From contig OZ024745.1 of the NCBI GenBank assembly GCA_964016885.1, forward strand, positions 6,448,001 to 6,512,000: a stretch of 64,000 nucleotides of DNA. The letters are read 5' to 3'. Below are positions 50,996-61,026 of the stretch, piece by piece. The notes under the pieces are model-generated. The model was not told where the DNA came from and searched no databases. It saw only the letters and a list, made by a program, of their open reading frames with translations. The translations under genes were made by a program, and so were the position numbers. Every line of letters starts with the position of its first letter. Position 1 is the first letter of the stretch. This stretch comes from Eledone cirrhosa (lineage: Eukaryota).

Positions 50996-51840
50996 ATCAC
51001 CACCACCGCCACCACCACTACTACCACCACCACCACCACCAGACTACCACCGCCACCACCACCACCACCACCACCACCAGACTACCACCACCACCACCAC
51101 CTGACTACCACCACCACCACCAGACTACCACCACCTCCACCACCACCACCACCACCACTACCACACCACCACCACCACCACCACCACTACAACACCACCA
51201 CCACTACAACACCACTACCACCACCACTACAACCACCACCACCATCACACCACCACCACCACCATTAATACCCCCCCCCCCCCACCACCACCACCACCAC
51301 ACCACCACCACCACTACCACCACCACCACCACACCACCACCACCACTACCACCACCACCATCACCACCACCAGACTACTACCACCACCACCACAACCACC
51401 ACTACCACACCACCACCACCACCACCACCACCACCACCACCACCACCAGACCACCACCACCACCACCACCACCACCACCACCACCACCACCACCACCACC
51501 ACCAGACTACCACCACCACCACCACCACCACCACCACCACCACCACCACCAGACTACCACCACCACCACCACCACCACTACCACCACCACCAGACTACCA
51601 CCACCACCACCACCACCACCACCACCAGACTACCACCACCAGACTACCACCACCACCACCACCACCAGACCACCACCACCACCACCACCACCACCACCAC
51701 CACCACCAGACTACCACCCCACCACCACCACCAGACTACCACCACCACCACCACCACCACCACCAGACTACCACCACCACCACCACCACCACCACTACTA
51801 CCACCACCACCACCACCACCACCACCACCACCAGACTACC
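50996..51840 (+). repeat. (CCA)n microsatellite punctuated by a recurring CAGACTA motif
   Basis: ccaccaccaccAGACTAccaccacc recurs; the tract ends in ccagactaccgtcatg. Confidence 0.95.
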
Positions 51841-52002
51841 GTCATGTCACCCCGACACGTCGGAAACTCTCTTTTATCTTTCTATTTAATTACTCAGCGT
51901 TCTTTCGGCCATTTGTTGCTTCCACAGAAATCCACCAATAATTTATGCAGCTGTATTCTGGTTCAGGATGCACATCTTATAAAAACAACACATGTGAGCC
52001 AG

Positions 52003-52160
52003 ACACACCACCACCATCACTACGACACACCACCACCACCACCACCACACACCAATACACACCACCACCACTACACACCAATACACACCACCACCACCGT
52101 CACCAACACCACCACCAAAACACCACCACTACACCACCACCACCACCAACTCCAATACAC
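52003..52160 (+). repeat. Degenerate (CAC)n low-complexity tract
   Basis: Direct inspection of the sequence. Confidence 0.85.
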
Positions 52161-52430
52161 ACATGTATAAACATACATACAAGTACATACACATACTTAA
52201 ACAGTGGATTTGCTTTTATATTTTCGTTTTCTTTTTACTATATCGCCGTTTGCCGTCAGGTGTCGCTCTATGCTGGAACCTAGATTTCAAGATGTTAATC
52301 ATTTTAGAAAGATTTTTACCCCCAAGGATAGGACGATAGTCTGTTGTATGTTGGTCTGTGTATATATTTAAATAGCAAACATCTGTTTGCTTTAATGGTG
52401 AATTTATCAAATCTTTGAAATTCTTTTTGA

Positions 52431-53040
52431 TCTCTCTTTCTTCAGTTGTTCAGTTGAGACCAACCATTGTGAGTTCTGGCCATGCTGGAGCATTGCCTCA
52501 TTCATCTCTCTTTCTTCAGTTGTTCAGTTGAGACAAACCATTGTGAGTTCTGGCCATGCTGGAGCATTGCCTCATTCATCTCTCTTTCTTCAGTTGTTCA
52601 GTTGAGACCAACCATTGTGAGTTCTGGCCATGCTGGAGCATTGCCTCATTCATCTCTCTTTCTTCAGTTGTTCAGTTGAGACAAACCATTGTGAGTTCTG
52701 GCCATGCTGGAGCATTGCCTCATTCATCTCTCTTTCTTCAGTTGTTCAGTTGAGACCAACCATTGTCAGTTCTGGCCATGCTGGAGCATTGCCTCATTCA
52801 TCTCTCTTTCTTCAGTTGTTCAGTTGAGACAAACCATTGTGAGTTCTGGCCATGCTGGAGCATTGCCTCATTCATCTCTCTTTCTTCAGTTGTTCAGTTG
52901 AGACCAACCATTGTGAGTTCTGGCCATGCTGGAGCGTTGCCTCATTTATTCCTGTTTTCTTCAGTTGTTCAGTTGAGACCAACCATTGTGAGTTCTGGCC
53001 ATGCTGGAGCGTTGCCTCATTTATTCCTGTTTTCTTCAGT
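52431..53040 (+). repeat. 74-bp tandem minisatellite, about 8 copies
   Basis: Unit tctctctttcttcagttgttcagttgagac[c/a]aaccattgtgagttctggccatgctggagcattgcctcattca starts at 52431, 52505, 52579, 52653, 52727, 52801 and 52875. The last two copies have a variant end (gcgttgcctcatttattcctgttt). Confidence 0.97.
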
Positions 53041-53109
53041 GTTACAATAGGAATTTCTCAACTTCCATTTCCTTCTTGGTAATGCATCAATGAGTTGTTT
53101 GGTTACTGT

Positions 53110-53280
53110 AGGGACTGGCATGGATGGAGGGTTAGAGAGTTCGCTTCACAACTAGTTCTTGTTCTGGGTTCAGCCATTCCACATGGCACCATGGGGTGCA
53201 GCTACAATAGTTTCGGGTTTACCAATATTTAGTGTGTGGAATTTGGTAGGCAGAGACTGCAGAAGCCCCGTCGTGTGTGT
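53110..53280 (+). mobile_element. Diverged tRNA-derived SINE, resembling an abundant octopus SINE family
   Basis: A-box-like tggatggagggttaga and B-box-like gggttcagcc (53166-53175). These are followed by ...tggcacc...ctacaatag...tcggg..accaa...gtggaatttggtaggcagagactgcagaagccccgtcg and then a GT/TA microsatellite. Family recognition is from memory of octopus repeats; a second copy lies at 61761. Confidence 0.65.
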
Positions 53281-53282
53281 GG

Positions 53283-53385
53283 AGGACTAGAACTGTCTCA
53301 TTCCAAAGAAATTACCAGGAAAGATTTTCTGGTGATTTCTTTTGAATGAAACAGTTCTAGTAGAAGCCATTTCTATATTAAACAT
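53283..53385. mobile_element. Decayed palindromic copy of the hammerhead-bearing short repeat family
   Basis: Inverted repeat 53286-53361 (actagaactgtctcattccaaagaaattaccag...ctggtgatttcttttgaatgaaacagttctagt). It is homologous to 61027-61110; the core has decayed to CTGGTGA and stem III carries a deletion. Confidence 0.8.
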
Positions 53386-53481
53386 GATATATATATATAT
53401 ATATAATTGGTGTTGGATGCTTAGAGCGTCCGTATGCGGTAGGCTGTTTGAGCACTCGATGCTCTCACAGAACAGAGTATG

Positions 53482-53758
53482 ATATCACAAAAGAAAGAGA
53501 ATCAGTGTTGCGACGAATGGAATTTATTGGACATATTACAATCGTTTCTCTGGCGACCAGTTCGACGCACGATCGATGTGATGATCGAACCTGATCCTGA
53601 AAATTGCAAGGTCCTCAGATACGTCTTGATTCTACGAAGCAGATTTTCCAAATTTGGAAAATCTACTTCGTACCTCGAGCTGGTCGCCAGAGAAACGATT
53701 GTAATATGTCCAATAAATTCCATTCGTCGCAACACTGATTCTCTTTCTTTTGTGATAT
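53482..53758. mobile_element. Foldback/MITE-like element with 84-bp terminal inverted repeats
   Basis: 53482-53565 is the reverse complement of 53675-53758 with one mismatch. There is an internal 40-bp palindrome at 53633-53672. The termini are AT/TA, compatible with a TA or ATAT target duplication. Confidence 0.8.
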
Positions 53759-53762
53759 ATAT

Positions 53763-53964
53763 ATATAGAAGAGCTTCTACAGGACTAGAACTGTTTCATT
53801 CGTGAGAAATCATTAGGAAGCTGCTGAATCGGGGGTAACCACAGTAAGTAAGGTACTCAATACATAGCAGAGTATAAATGCTTTAATATAGAAGAGCTTT
53901 ATACAGGACTACAACTGTTTCATTCGTGATAAATCAGTCAGCTTCCTGATGATTTCTCACGAAT
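53763..53964 (-). mobile_element. Partial-tandem (~123-nt period) hammerhead-bearing repeat with inverted head (retrozyme/Penelope pLTR-like)
   Basis: gaagagctt..tacaggacta.aactgtttcattcgtga.aaatca occurs at 53768 and 53891. An inverted fragment agcttcCTGATGAtttctcacgaat lies at 53940-53964. The spacer matches the reverse complement of 61126-61197. Confidence 0.85.
53772..53822 (-). ncRNA. Type I hammerhead ribozyme motif, probably inactive (core CTAATGA, G5A)
   Basis: Minus strand reads AGCTTC-CTAATGA-tTTC tcac GAAt-GAAA-CAG ttctagtc CTGT-A-GAAGCT. Stems I, II and III all pair and the cleavage triplet is GUA. Confidence 0.8.
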
Positions 53965-54724
53965 ATAAAAGACCACGTGACCTCTGCGCCGCTGAGGCCC
54001 TGGAAATACTCTACGCCACAGACCACATCTTAAACAAAAAATCTGAGGCAATTTCGGCTTGTAAACATAAATTTCACAAAACTTTCCTGTATTACAGCCC
54101 CACGTTATACCCTAACGGATAGTACGATCTATACGTGGATATTTTACGTCTTGATGTGGTAGCTAAGTATATGTTTTGTTTATACCATTACTTATTTGCA
54201 TAGGTAAGTATATATTACCTGTATGTTTTGTGAAGGTAAGTATACCTTCTCGTACGTATATTTGATTGTATATGTTATGGCGTATAATTCTTTTATTTTA
54301 TATTTTCTGGTACATATGGTTTGGTTATGTGTATACGGGTGTTTTGCGTCTGTGTGAGTATGCAGGTTCGTACGTGTGTAGGGTGTGTGTATATGTGTAC
54401 TTCATGTTTGAGTTGACTTACGTCTCCGAACATTTGTGTATTTACATGTAGGTATGTGTGTGCGCTTGTTATATACGTATTTATTTATTTATATACGTTT
54501 ATATAATTATTTATTTAGTTGTATACACGCATACACACACACACACACATATTTATATGTGCGTGATTTTGTATACCTATGGTAAGTGTTTTCGCGTATG
54601 CTTGTGTATGTACGTATTTGTATGCGTGTATGTATTTATTTAATTTCTATTACTTCTGTATTGTATTTATTTACTTTGTTCTTAACTCTGTAGCGGAGAT
54701 TCATTCGGTCTCCTAGTTAGAATT

Positions 54725-54992
54725 TTAGTCTACGACTTCTGCTATACCATTTACGTGGTTTTGTCTTTGCGTGCAATTGTTCTCCACGCTCCACATATGA
54801 CGTATTATCTTCGTTTTTTTCGTTCATTGCCAGAGAACGTCTCTATGAACCACCTAGAGAACATTAGTCTACGACCTCTTTTATACCATAAACGTGGTTC
54901 TGTCTTTGCGCGTAATTGTTTTTCACCGCTCCTATTAATGACGTATTATTCGTTTTTTCCCGTTCTTTGCCAGGGAACGTCACCACGAACCA
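54725..54992 (+). repeat. Two diverged tandem copies of a ~139-bp unit
   Basis: ttagtctacgac...tatacca..tacgtggtt.tgtctttgcg...atgacgtattat...ttgccag.gaacgtc...gaacca starts at 54725 and again at 54864. Confidence 0.85.
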
Positions 54993-55054
54993 AAGTATCG
55001 TCTTCCTGTCTTCCTCCGGTTGCAACGTTTTTTGAAATATCCAGTTCTGCGTTT

Positions 55055-55130
55055 ACAGATTGACTTTGTTAGTTTCAGAAGATCCCGTTAAGGGTGAAAG
55101 CAGCGATTATTTGCTTAAACTTTAATCTGT
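55055..55130 (+). ncRNA. Type I hammerhead-like motif of a second family (core CAGAAGA, U4A variant)
   Basis: ACAGATT..AGTTT-CAGAAGA-tCCC gttaa GGGt-GAAA-GCA gcgattatt TGCT-T-AAACT-tt-AATCTGT. Stem I is bipartite, stems II and III pair, and a (TA)n tract follows. Confidence 0.65.
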
Positions 55131-55137
55131 TATTTTA

Positions 55138-55201
<64 letters not shown>

Positions 55202-56333
55202 TCATTTACTGTGGCTATTGATGAGGTTTGTTATTCTAAAGTTTCACCTGTGTACTTACGGGTTCTCCAGTCTTGTCAGGGGAGTACTCAGGTGAGACTC
55301 CAGAGTAACAAGGCTTAACCATAATAAATAAATATTTAATCTCTACTTCGGTATTGAGTTTTCATTCTTACTCAATTCGCGTACTCTCAGGTCTTGAATA
55401 ACCCCACCCTACTTTATTAATTTGTCAGATCTACCGCCACCCCACCGGCTTGTTATATTTTGATAATCTATCTTCGGAGAAATTTTATTGTAAGTGATTC
55501 ATATTGATACAGCAGCTGGAGAATCAAATATATTTTACATTAAATAAACTTTGTATATGACAAAAGAACATTACAAGAAATCCCATATTTACCAACGTAT
55601 ACTAAACAATTACTGATCCCCCCCCCCCCATTATTGCCACCGCCTCCTATTATTTGGAACCCGAGAGTCCCACCAAACTCTCCCCCTCTCTATCACATAA
55701 AAATCTCTTTTAATCCCCCTCTCTGTATCTACCAAAACCAAACTCTCCCACTCTCTATATCTATCTTTCCCATCTATCTTTACATAACATGTACATAAAT
55801 TGTAGCGCATATACAAATAGATGTGTTTTGGTAGTTTGGGGAGAAACATATAATTATTGAGAGGGGGGGGAAACACGCCCCCCAGTTCCACCGCACCTGT
55901 ATATATATATATATGTGTATATATAGAGAGATTTTCCTGAGTTCATTTTTTCGTCGCTATGGTTACTGCGGCCCGTCTATCGGTCGCTGTCTTGCAAAGC
56001 TGTCTAAACGTAATGTTATAACTCTAGGGTAATATACCCTATTGAGTACTTAGCTGCACACCGAGATTGCATTCGTTAGCTCGGCTGCAACCAGAGCTTC
56101 GATGATGCTGTACTAAATTTTAGTCTGGCTTTCTGGAGAATAGAGGAAAAGTGTTTCCTCAAAAACCAGTATGGCTCTAAAAACCGGTTTGTCTGTGTGT
56201 TTACATACAGAATAGCTGGACACTCACAGTAAAGTGACCAGTGAAAAACTCGGTACATCTACATATGTATACGTGTGTGTATTCATATGCATACTAGTAT
56301 TTCAGTATACATATGTGGATGTACATTTTTAAC

Positions 56334-56981
<648 letters not shown>

Positions 56982-57387
56982 CGTAGTTTAGAAAGCCACA
57001 ACAATGCAGATGGGAAATCTCGAGGTAGGAAGTGAATGATAGATAGGAGAAATAGGAGAAAGTGAAAATTGAGAGAGAAAAAGATGAAAACAAAACAAAG
57101 GTAGAATGGTTACCGTAGTGGAGATTAATCCCAATATATATATATTAGTTTTGCGAGGTTTTTTATATGAAATCGTGTGTCGAAACAAATATTGTTATAC
57201 TTCGGGAGGGTCATATTTGTGTAATATTGCCAGAATTAATAACAGAAAACACTCACTGTTTGGTTGGTTTTCGCTTTTCGCTTCTGTGTCTTTTATATCG
57301 GTAATCTAACTTACTCGGTCCTCAATGTTGCCATTGACTGACCGGCGGTCAAAAATAATACAGATACATATAGACACAAACACATAT

Positions 57388-57445
57388 ATATAGTTTATCA
57401 TAAATATTTCGTTGCACATCTGCAACATCGTCAGTGGTGCTATAT
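57388..57445 (-). ncRNA. Hammerhead ribozyme motif in the Penelope-like terminal repeat (partly degenerate)
   Basis: Minus strand reads ATATAGcACCA-CTGACGA-t-GTTGCA gatg TGCAAC-GAAA-tattta-TGATaaaCTATAT. The core is intact with a perfect 6-bp stem II, a minimal stem III and one mismatch in stem I. Confidence 0.7.
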
Positions 57446-57677
57446 TTTCCTCCTGTTGTATTGTATGTCTACGCCATTTTTATTCAGTCTGTCTATATAT
57501 TTATTTATTTACTTGCTTGTTTGTTTATTTTATTTTGTCTTCTTTGCGCATGCGTTTGCGTGTGTGTATAGTGTTTTGTTTGCTGTGTGATGGGTGACTA
57601 GTGTGTGTTTATGTGCTTGTTGTTATTGTGCTTGTGTATGTATTTATTTATTTATTTATTTTATTTTATTTACTTAT

Positions 57678-58425
57678 TTATACTTCACTTAGGTCAGTGT
57701 TGTTTGTTTGGGTGTTGTTGTTATTCCATTCATTCTTTCTGTTTAGCCTTGGTCTTCTAATTTCTATTTCACTGGCCTCTCTGATTTGCCTATCTGCTGG
57801 GTCATTTCTATGTTTAGATATTATTCTAATTTCTATGTTGTCTATGTTACCGTCATGTTGTTGTCTAGCATGTTCGTATAGTACTGGCCCGTTTTTTCGT
57901 CCTTTTAGTTCCCCCCAGTATTGGTCTATCCTTTCACCTATGCTACGAGCTGTCTCACCTATGTATGTTGTTGTCATGTTTCTGCAAGTACCCTCTGTAC
58001 ATCTTATGCTATAGACTACGTTTCTAGTTTTACAGTTTATCCGGGGGTTCACCTTACATATGATACATTTCCTATTGGTACAGTGGGTTTTCTTAAAAGG
58101 GTAGGTTTTGCTGATCAGGGATTTTATGGTGGTTCCTGGCTTTTCTACCACCTTTATTTTTTTTAAGTGGGTCTTTCTCAGGGCCTTTCTACACTGGTTA
58201 GCTAATTTCCCTCCAGGGGTAGCGTCCACAAACATGACACTCTGGTATCTCTGGTTGTCGTACCATGAGGTGGCTTTCCCTATCTTATGTCTAGCCCTAT
58301 CTAAGCTATTCCATGATTTACTACTGTATAATGGGCAAATTCCTTTCATGTCCAGTTCTATGAGGGTCTTATACTTCTCCATGGCTCCTTCGTATACTCT
58401 GACTCTGTCTCTTTGGTTGTAGCCA
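57678..58425 (-). pseudogene. Penelope-like element ORF C-terminus: RT thumb/linker, Cys-rich knuckle and GIY-YIG endonuclease (possibly Naiad-like lineage)
   Basis: SVMFVDATPGGKLA...KVVEKPG...CTNRKCIIC...C..NVVYSIRC....C...YIGETARSIGER...H...H...RQIREA..I...LNRKNEW. The RT core is absent, and the annotated start lies in the inverted repeat. Confidence 0.88.
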
Positions 58426-58515
58426 GAGAAGCGAGAAGAGAAAACCAACCAAATAGTGAGTGTGTTTTGTTATTAAATCTGGCAATATTACACAAATATG
58501 GCCCTCCCCAAGTAT

Positions 58516-58520
<5 letters not shown>

Positions 58521-58606
<86 letters not shown>

Positions 58607-58621
58607 TTATATATATATATA
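58521..58621. repeat. (TA)n microsatellite with one TTCAT interruption
   Basis: Direct inspection of the sequence. Confidence 0.95.
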
Positions 58622-60281
58622 CGATATTAACAAATGGAAGCTATATTTATAAAACCATATTTATTTCATTATACATATTTCAAGGACACCAAGTTAAATT
58701 ATGGTGTGCTTTCATCAGATAAAATATAATATAGATCAGTTTTATAAATAAATATAGATCAGTTTTATAAATAAATATTGACATACCCTTAAAGAATGCA
58801 ACCATTACTGTTGGAAGCTCCAGGATGGTGGAGTTGTAGCTTTAATTATAATATTAGGTAAGTTAGTATTGGATATTTAAAAAAAAAGCCGTTGGGTTAC
58901 GGAGAAAGAGAAAGATAGAGAAGGAAAGAGAGAGAAAGAGCAGAACAACAGAGATAGAAAGGCAGAGAGAGAGAGAGGAGACAGAGAAAGGAGAGAGAAC
59001 GAAAAACTCTAAGTCATATCTTGTTGAGTTATCTTAACAATTGAGATGAAATGAATAAATAAAATTAGAAATGTTAATAATCATGAATGGAATATACATA
59101 TATAATATGAGAAATTTAACCATTGTTTAAATATGATTAGATGTTTAGTTAATCAGTTAAATATTGAAATCAATATATTAAAAATTGGGATCTATATATT
59201 AAGAAATCTATATATTATTATATTGTTAAAGATCTATATATTATATAACACGTATACACACGCAAAAATACATACATATAAATATATATACACACTTATA
59301 AAAATATATATACATGTCTAACTACGTATATAATATATACATACAAAATATAAAGGATTCTTTAATTTAAGATATAGGAATCTTATAAAATCAGAGAAGG
59401 AAAATTATGTTATATAGTTATATCAATGTTACAATTGTTAAGATATTAAAGGAAATGTTATGTTATACACACTTTGTGTTATTAAACAAAATATTTTTTT
59501 TATTTTTTTTATAAGTTTTATAAGATTACCTGTTATGTATTTATGGCTGTTATTATATGTCTATTTGTCACGAATCTTGGGATAATCACTATACATAAGT
59601 GCAATCGAATTGTATGGATATACACGCACATGTACATACACAATTCCCGCATATACATACATATATGTACCCACACAAATAGGTAGATACGCATCAGATA
59701 GACATACAGATAGACATACAAATAGACATACACGCATAAAAGATATGTATATGTATGTCGATACACACATATACATATATACACACATATAGAGAGAGAA
59801 GTATATATAAATACAGTACATAGTATAATTGAAGTACATAAAATACAAAAGAATTATATTACGATTTGGAAATATAATTATAAGCAATATAACTTTTAAA
59901 ACAATATAACTTTAAAATATTATAGAATATTTCAAGTTATAATTTCAAAATAATAGTATGTTTAATAGATTTAGTATAGAAATTTTCTACGTATATTTAA
60001 CTTAATTTTATATCCATAAGAGAAATAAACAGAAACTTTGAAAGGATAAACTTTCGAAAATAGGAGAAACTATCTAACAATAAAAAATAAAAAATATAAG
60101 AAATATTTTCTCCTTTTAAGAGCCCTCAGTATATTTCTCTAGAATAGTTTATTATATTTATTTATATTTAGGAAGAAAATTTATTTTTACTTGAGTGTAT
60201 AGTCAGTCAAAAAAGATGAAGGAATCTAATGATTTATCGACAGGTTCAATATATCAATAGAATTAATTAATTAATTATATA

Positions 60282-60918
60282 TTACATTTTAAATTTATAT
60301 TTAAACGTTGAGTTTAATCTATGTCTACAGCAACTGAATAAATTATTCCTTAAGTTCAGGGAATTTTTGGTCTTTAATATAAAGAATATTTCCTCTATAC
60401 AAAGATCACAATTTTCTGAAGAGGAGTTAAAAGGAGTAGCTTGTGAAATAAGATTCCAAATCAACGAATATTCAACGTTCTTTAGTTTGAGGTCCCATAA
60501 TAGGCTAGATAGAGAAGTTGAAGATTTTTTGTTTGGATCAGTAAAAGAATTTTTATGATTATTGAAGCGGGATTTAAACTCTGTGGGAGTGGATCCCACA
60601 TAATTAAATGAATTTAAATTAGTTTTTACATTACAATTATATACTATATTTTTAGCTAAGCAATTGTTATTTAACGGACACTTAGATTTATTTCTACAGT
60701 TATATTTATCAAATTGGATATTGCTTGGGTTATTAGTGGTATTTTGGTTAGGTTTTAAATTTCTATTATTAATTCTATTAATATTTTGCGCTAAATTTTT
60801 GGTGGAAGAATAAGTTAATTTTATAGTATGTCTATTAAAAATTGAGTAATATCTATGTGTTCTAGGGAAGCATTTGTCAAGAGCTTTAAAAAATAGTTTA
60901 GCAATAGGGGTTTTAATA

Positions 60919-60925
<7 letters not shown>
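60282..60925 (-). pseudogene. Second, unrelated Penelope-like GIY-YIG endonuclease ORF fragment (5'-truncated at a TA tract)
   Basis: LDKCFP..H.YYSIFNRHTIKLTYS...NCRNKSKCPLNNNCL..NIVY...YVGST..FKSRFNNHKNSF...LS..LW.LK...CDLCIEE...LNLR...CCRH. The N-terminal YIYI run in the ORF track is translated microsatellite. Confidence 0.87.
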
Positions 60926-61009
<84 letters not shown>

Positions 61010-61022
61010 TTATATATATATA
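60923..61022. repeat. (TA)n microsatellite with one TTCAT interruption
   Basis: Direct inspection of the sequence. Confidence 0.95.
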
Positions 61023-61026
61023 GTTC

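Larger units (their letters stand above)
57189..58523 (-). mobile_element. 5'-truncated Penelope-like retroelement with an inverted terminal-repeat copy at its 5' junction
   Basis: GIY-YIG ORF at 57678-~58425 and a hammerhead motif at 57388-57445 downstream. ~97-bp inverted repeats at 57189-57285 and 58427-58523. Flanked by (TA)n tracts. Confidence 0.85.

Noticed and set aside
48180-52283. His/Pro-, Trp/Gly/Val-, Leu/Ser- and Tyr/Ile-rich ORFs
   Set aside because: Translations of (TGG)n, (AG)-rich, (TA)n and (CCA)n simple repeats.
52482-53082. Series of near-identical 65-aa ORFs
   Set aside because: Artefact of the 74-bp period shifting frames; no recognisable domain. The units have no spacers, so this is not CRISPR either.
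53479-53805. 108-aa and 77-aa ORFs over the foldback element
   Set aside because: They are mirror translations of the inverted repeats, with no transposase or other motif.
55431-55899. Possible hAT-like non-autonomous element ending ccccagttccaccgcacctg
   Set aside because: No matching inverted terminus or target duplication found.
56118-56183. Hammerhead-like arrangement CTGGAGA...GAGGAAA/TTTCCTC...AAAAACCA..TGG
   Set aside because: Too many core deviations and no proper proximal stem I; could be chance hairpins.
57601-58422. Plus-strand hydrophobic ORFs
   Set aside because: Antisense shadows of the GIY-YIG ORF.
58728-58775. 23-bp direct duplication, the same length as the satellite monomer
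   Set aside because: The sequence is not convincingly related to the satellite; an ordinary local duplication.
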